The notes under the pieces are model-generated. The model was given only the letters and a program-made list of their open reading frames with translations, ran no database searches and had not been told where the DNA came from. Shown here piece by piece: positions 62,666-64,000 of a stretch of DNA of 64,000 nt. The stretch is from a plasmid. How positions within the stretch are numbered: the stretch's first letter is position 1; every line of letters starts with the position of its first letter. The DNA lies in sequence record CP113993.1. One strand, 5' to 3'. The position numbers and the translations under genes were made by a program.

Positions 62666-64000
62666 GCAGTGCCTACAATAGTCTCGATCCCCGTGTCCGT
62701 AAGTGGGTTTATAAGCAGGACTGGTCATCATTAAGGCCCTTGCAGGAGAGTTCTATTCCGGCAATTTTAGCCCGCGATCGTGATGTACTAATTAGTGCAG
62801 GTACAGCAGCGGGTAAAACAGAAGCTTTCTTTCTTCCTGCCTGTTCGGCGGTTGCAGATCTCACCGGTGGATTTGGCATTATCTATATCAGCCCGTTGAA
62901 GGCATTGATTAACGATCAGCACCGTCGTCTCGAGAGTCTTGGTGAAGCCCTGGAAATGCAAGTGACGCCCTGGCACGGGGATGTACCACAAAGCAAAAAA
63001 AAGAAAGCACGGACAAACCCGTCTGGCATCTTACTTATCACACCTGAATCACTTGAGTCTTTGCTCATAAACTCATTGGGTTGGCTCAAACAGGCGTTTT
63101 CTTCAGTGGCATACATTGTTATTGATGAGTTCCACACTTTTATTGGCTCAGAGCGTGGTATACAGCTGCTTTCTCTGCTTAATAGAATTGACCATGTGCT
63201 AGGACGCCAGTTAAATCCAATTCCCCGTGTCGCGTTGAGTGCCACGCTGGGAGAACTGGAAAAAGTGCCAGAACTATTGCGCCCGGATAAGAGATTACCT
63301 TGTGAAACGGTAACAGACAGTAATAGCACAGCCACACTACAGGTTCAGGTTAAAGGTTATCTTGAGCGGGAGCCCGAAAAAGGAGAAGAGCTCCAGAGCT
63401 CTGCCGAACAGCTCGTCTGCGCGGATATTTTCAGGCTCTGCCGTGGCGATTCCCACCTGGTCTTTGCTAACAGTCGAAAGCGTACTGAAAGCATAGCGGC
63501 AACACTGAGCGACATGTGTGAGGCAAATGTCGTTCCTAATGAATTCTTTCCTCATCATGGTTCCCTGGCCAGGGAGTTACGTGAGACGCTTGAAGCCCGA
63601 CTGCAGAAAGGGAATTTGCCCACAACCGCTGTTTGTACAATGACGCTAGAGCTGGGTATTGATATTGGTAAGGTGCAGTCGGTCATACAAGTTACACCTC
63701 CGCATTCTGTTTCCAGTCTGCGTCAACGTATGGGACGTTCAGGGCGGCGCGATTCCCCAGCGGTACTGAGAATGTTAATTACTGAACCTGAACTTACCGC
63801 AACCAGCAGCATTGTGGATCATTTACGTCTGCAGTTGGTACAGGCGATGGCAATGATCAGGTTGATGATCTCTAAACGCTGGTTCGAGCCTGCAGATGTC
63901 CGGCAGAAACATTACTCCACGCTGCTACACCAGATCCTTGCTATTACTGCGCAATGGGGCGGAGTTCGTGCCGATCAGCTCTGGTCACAACTTTGCCAGA
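62662..64000 (+). CDS. sngC: Lhr-like DEAD/DEAH-box SF2 helicase (SngC-like), 3'-partial because it runs off the window end.
   Basis: Motif I ISAGTAAGKTEAF, Ia IYISPLKAL, II IVIDEFHTF (DEFH), III LSATLG and VI QRMGRSGRR. At least 446 aa are visible. Confidence 0.75.
   Translation, partial: MSSAYNSLDPRVRKWVYKQDWSSLRPLQESSIPAILARDRDVLISAGTAAGKTEAFFLPACSAVADLTGGFGIIYISPLKALINDQHRRLESLGEALEMQVTPWHGDVPQSKKKKARTNPSGILLITPESLESLLINSLGWLKQAFSSVAYIVIDEFHTFIGSERGIQLLSLLNRIDHVLGRQLNPIPRVALSATLGELEKVPELLRPDKRLPCETVTDSNSTATLQVQVKGYLEREPEKGEELQSSAEQLVCADIFRLCRGDSHLVFANSRKRTESIAATLSDMCEANVVPNEFFPHHGSLARELRETLEARLQKGNLPTTAVCTMTLELGIDIGKVQSVIQVTPPHSVSSLRQRMGRSGRRDSPAVLRMLITEPELTATSSIVDHLRLQLVQAMAMIRLMISKRWFEPADVRQKHYSTLLHQILAITAQWGGVRADQLWSQLCQ

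Overview
This window looks like an Enterobacteriaceae accessory region that is plasmid-derived or IncF-like. The evidence is ccdAB, vapBC, tacAT-like and parDE-like toxin-antitoxin modules, hha, mobC and relaxase remnants, and abundant IS debris.

Contents from 5' to 3':
- A giant, 3'-partial autotransporter adhesin on the minus strand. It carries perfect 303-bp tandem repeats, a 12-bp (NGTG)n microsatellite and a collagen-like Gly-rich region. An RfaH-like NusG paralog lies directly upstream.
- Two paralogous CaiF/GrlA-like regulators, each with a shared ~85-bp conserved upstream element.
- An IS10-like element with a frameshifted transposase.
- A CvaB/CvaA-type export pair: a peptidase-C39 ABC exporter plus an HlyD membrane fusion protein. 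It is divergently paired with a 186-aa double-glycine-leader, His/Asp-rich repeat protein. A second, related double-glycine-leader Gly-rich two-Cys peptide (class IIa microcin-like) lies ~8 kb away.
- An IS3-family element that is itself interrupted by an IS200/IS605 tnpB remnant and by a group II intron. An IS110-family fragment follows.
- A four-gene chaperone-usher fimbrial operon.
- A second truncated tnpB remnant, a truncated DEDD exonuclease, ccdAB, vapBC and a YjiK-like protein.
- A K88/Fae-like (kappa) chaperone-usher operon with PapB-like and PapI-like regulators.
- An intact TnpB (tnpB-only IS200/605 element) inserted upstream of a mobC remnant.
- An Rpn (YhgA-like) nuclease with a duplicated free-standing C-terminal tail gene.
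- IS256-family fragments, hha, tacAT-like and parDE-like modules, a frameshifted tyrosine recombinase, an IS66 5' fragment and an intact IS110-family IS inserted next to a P4-type integrase remnant.
- At the 3' edge, a three-gene operon with overlapping start/stop codons: a TerB-domain membrane protein, a DUF2791-like P-loop ATPase and an Lhr-like DEAD/DEAH helicase. This matches the Shango-type (SngABC) antiphage architecture.

Many genes carry frameshifts. These may be genuine pseudogenes or homopolymer sequencing errors.
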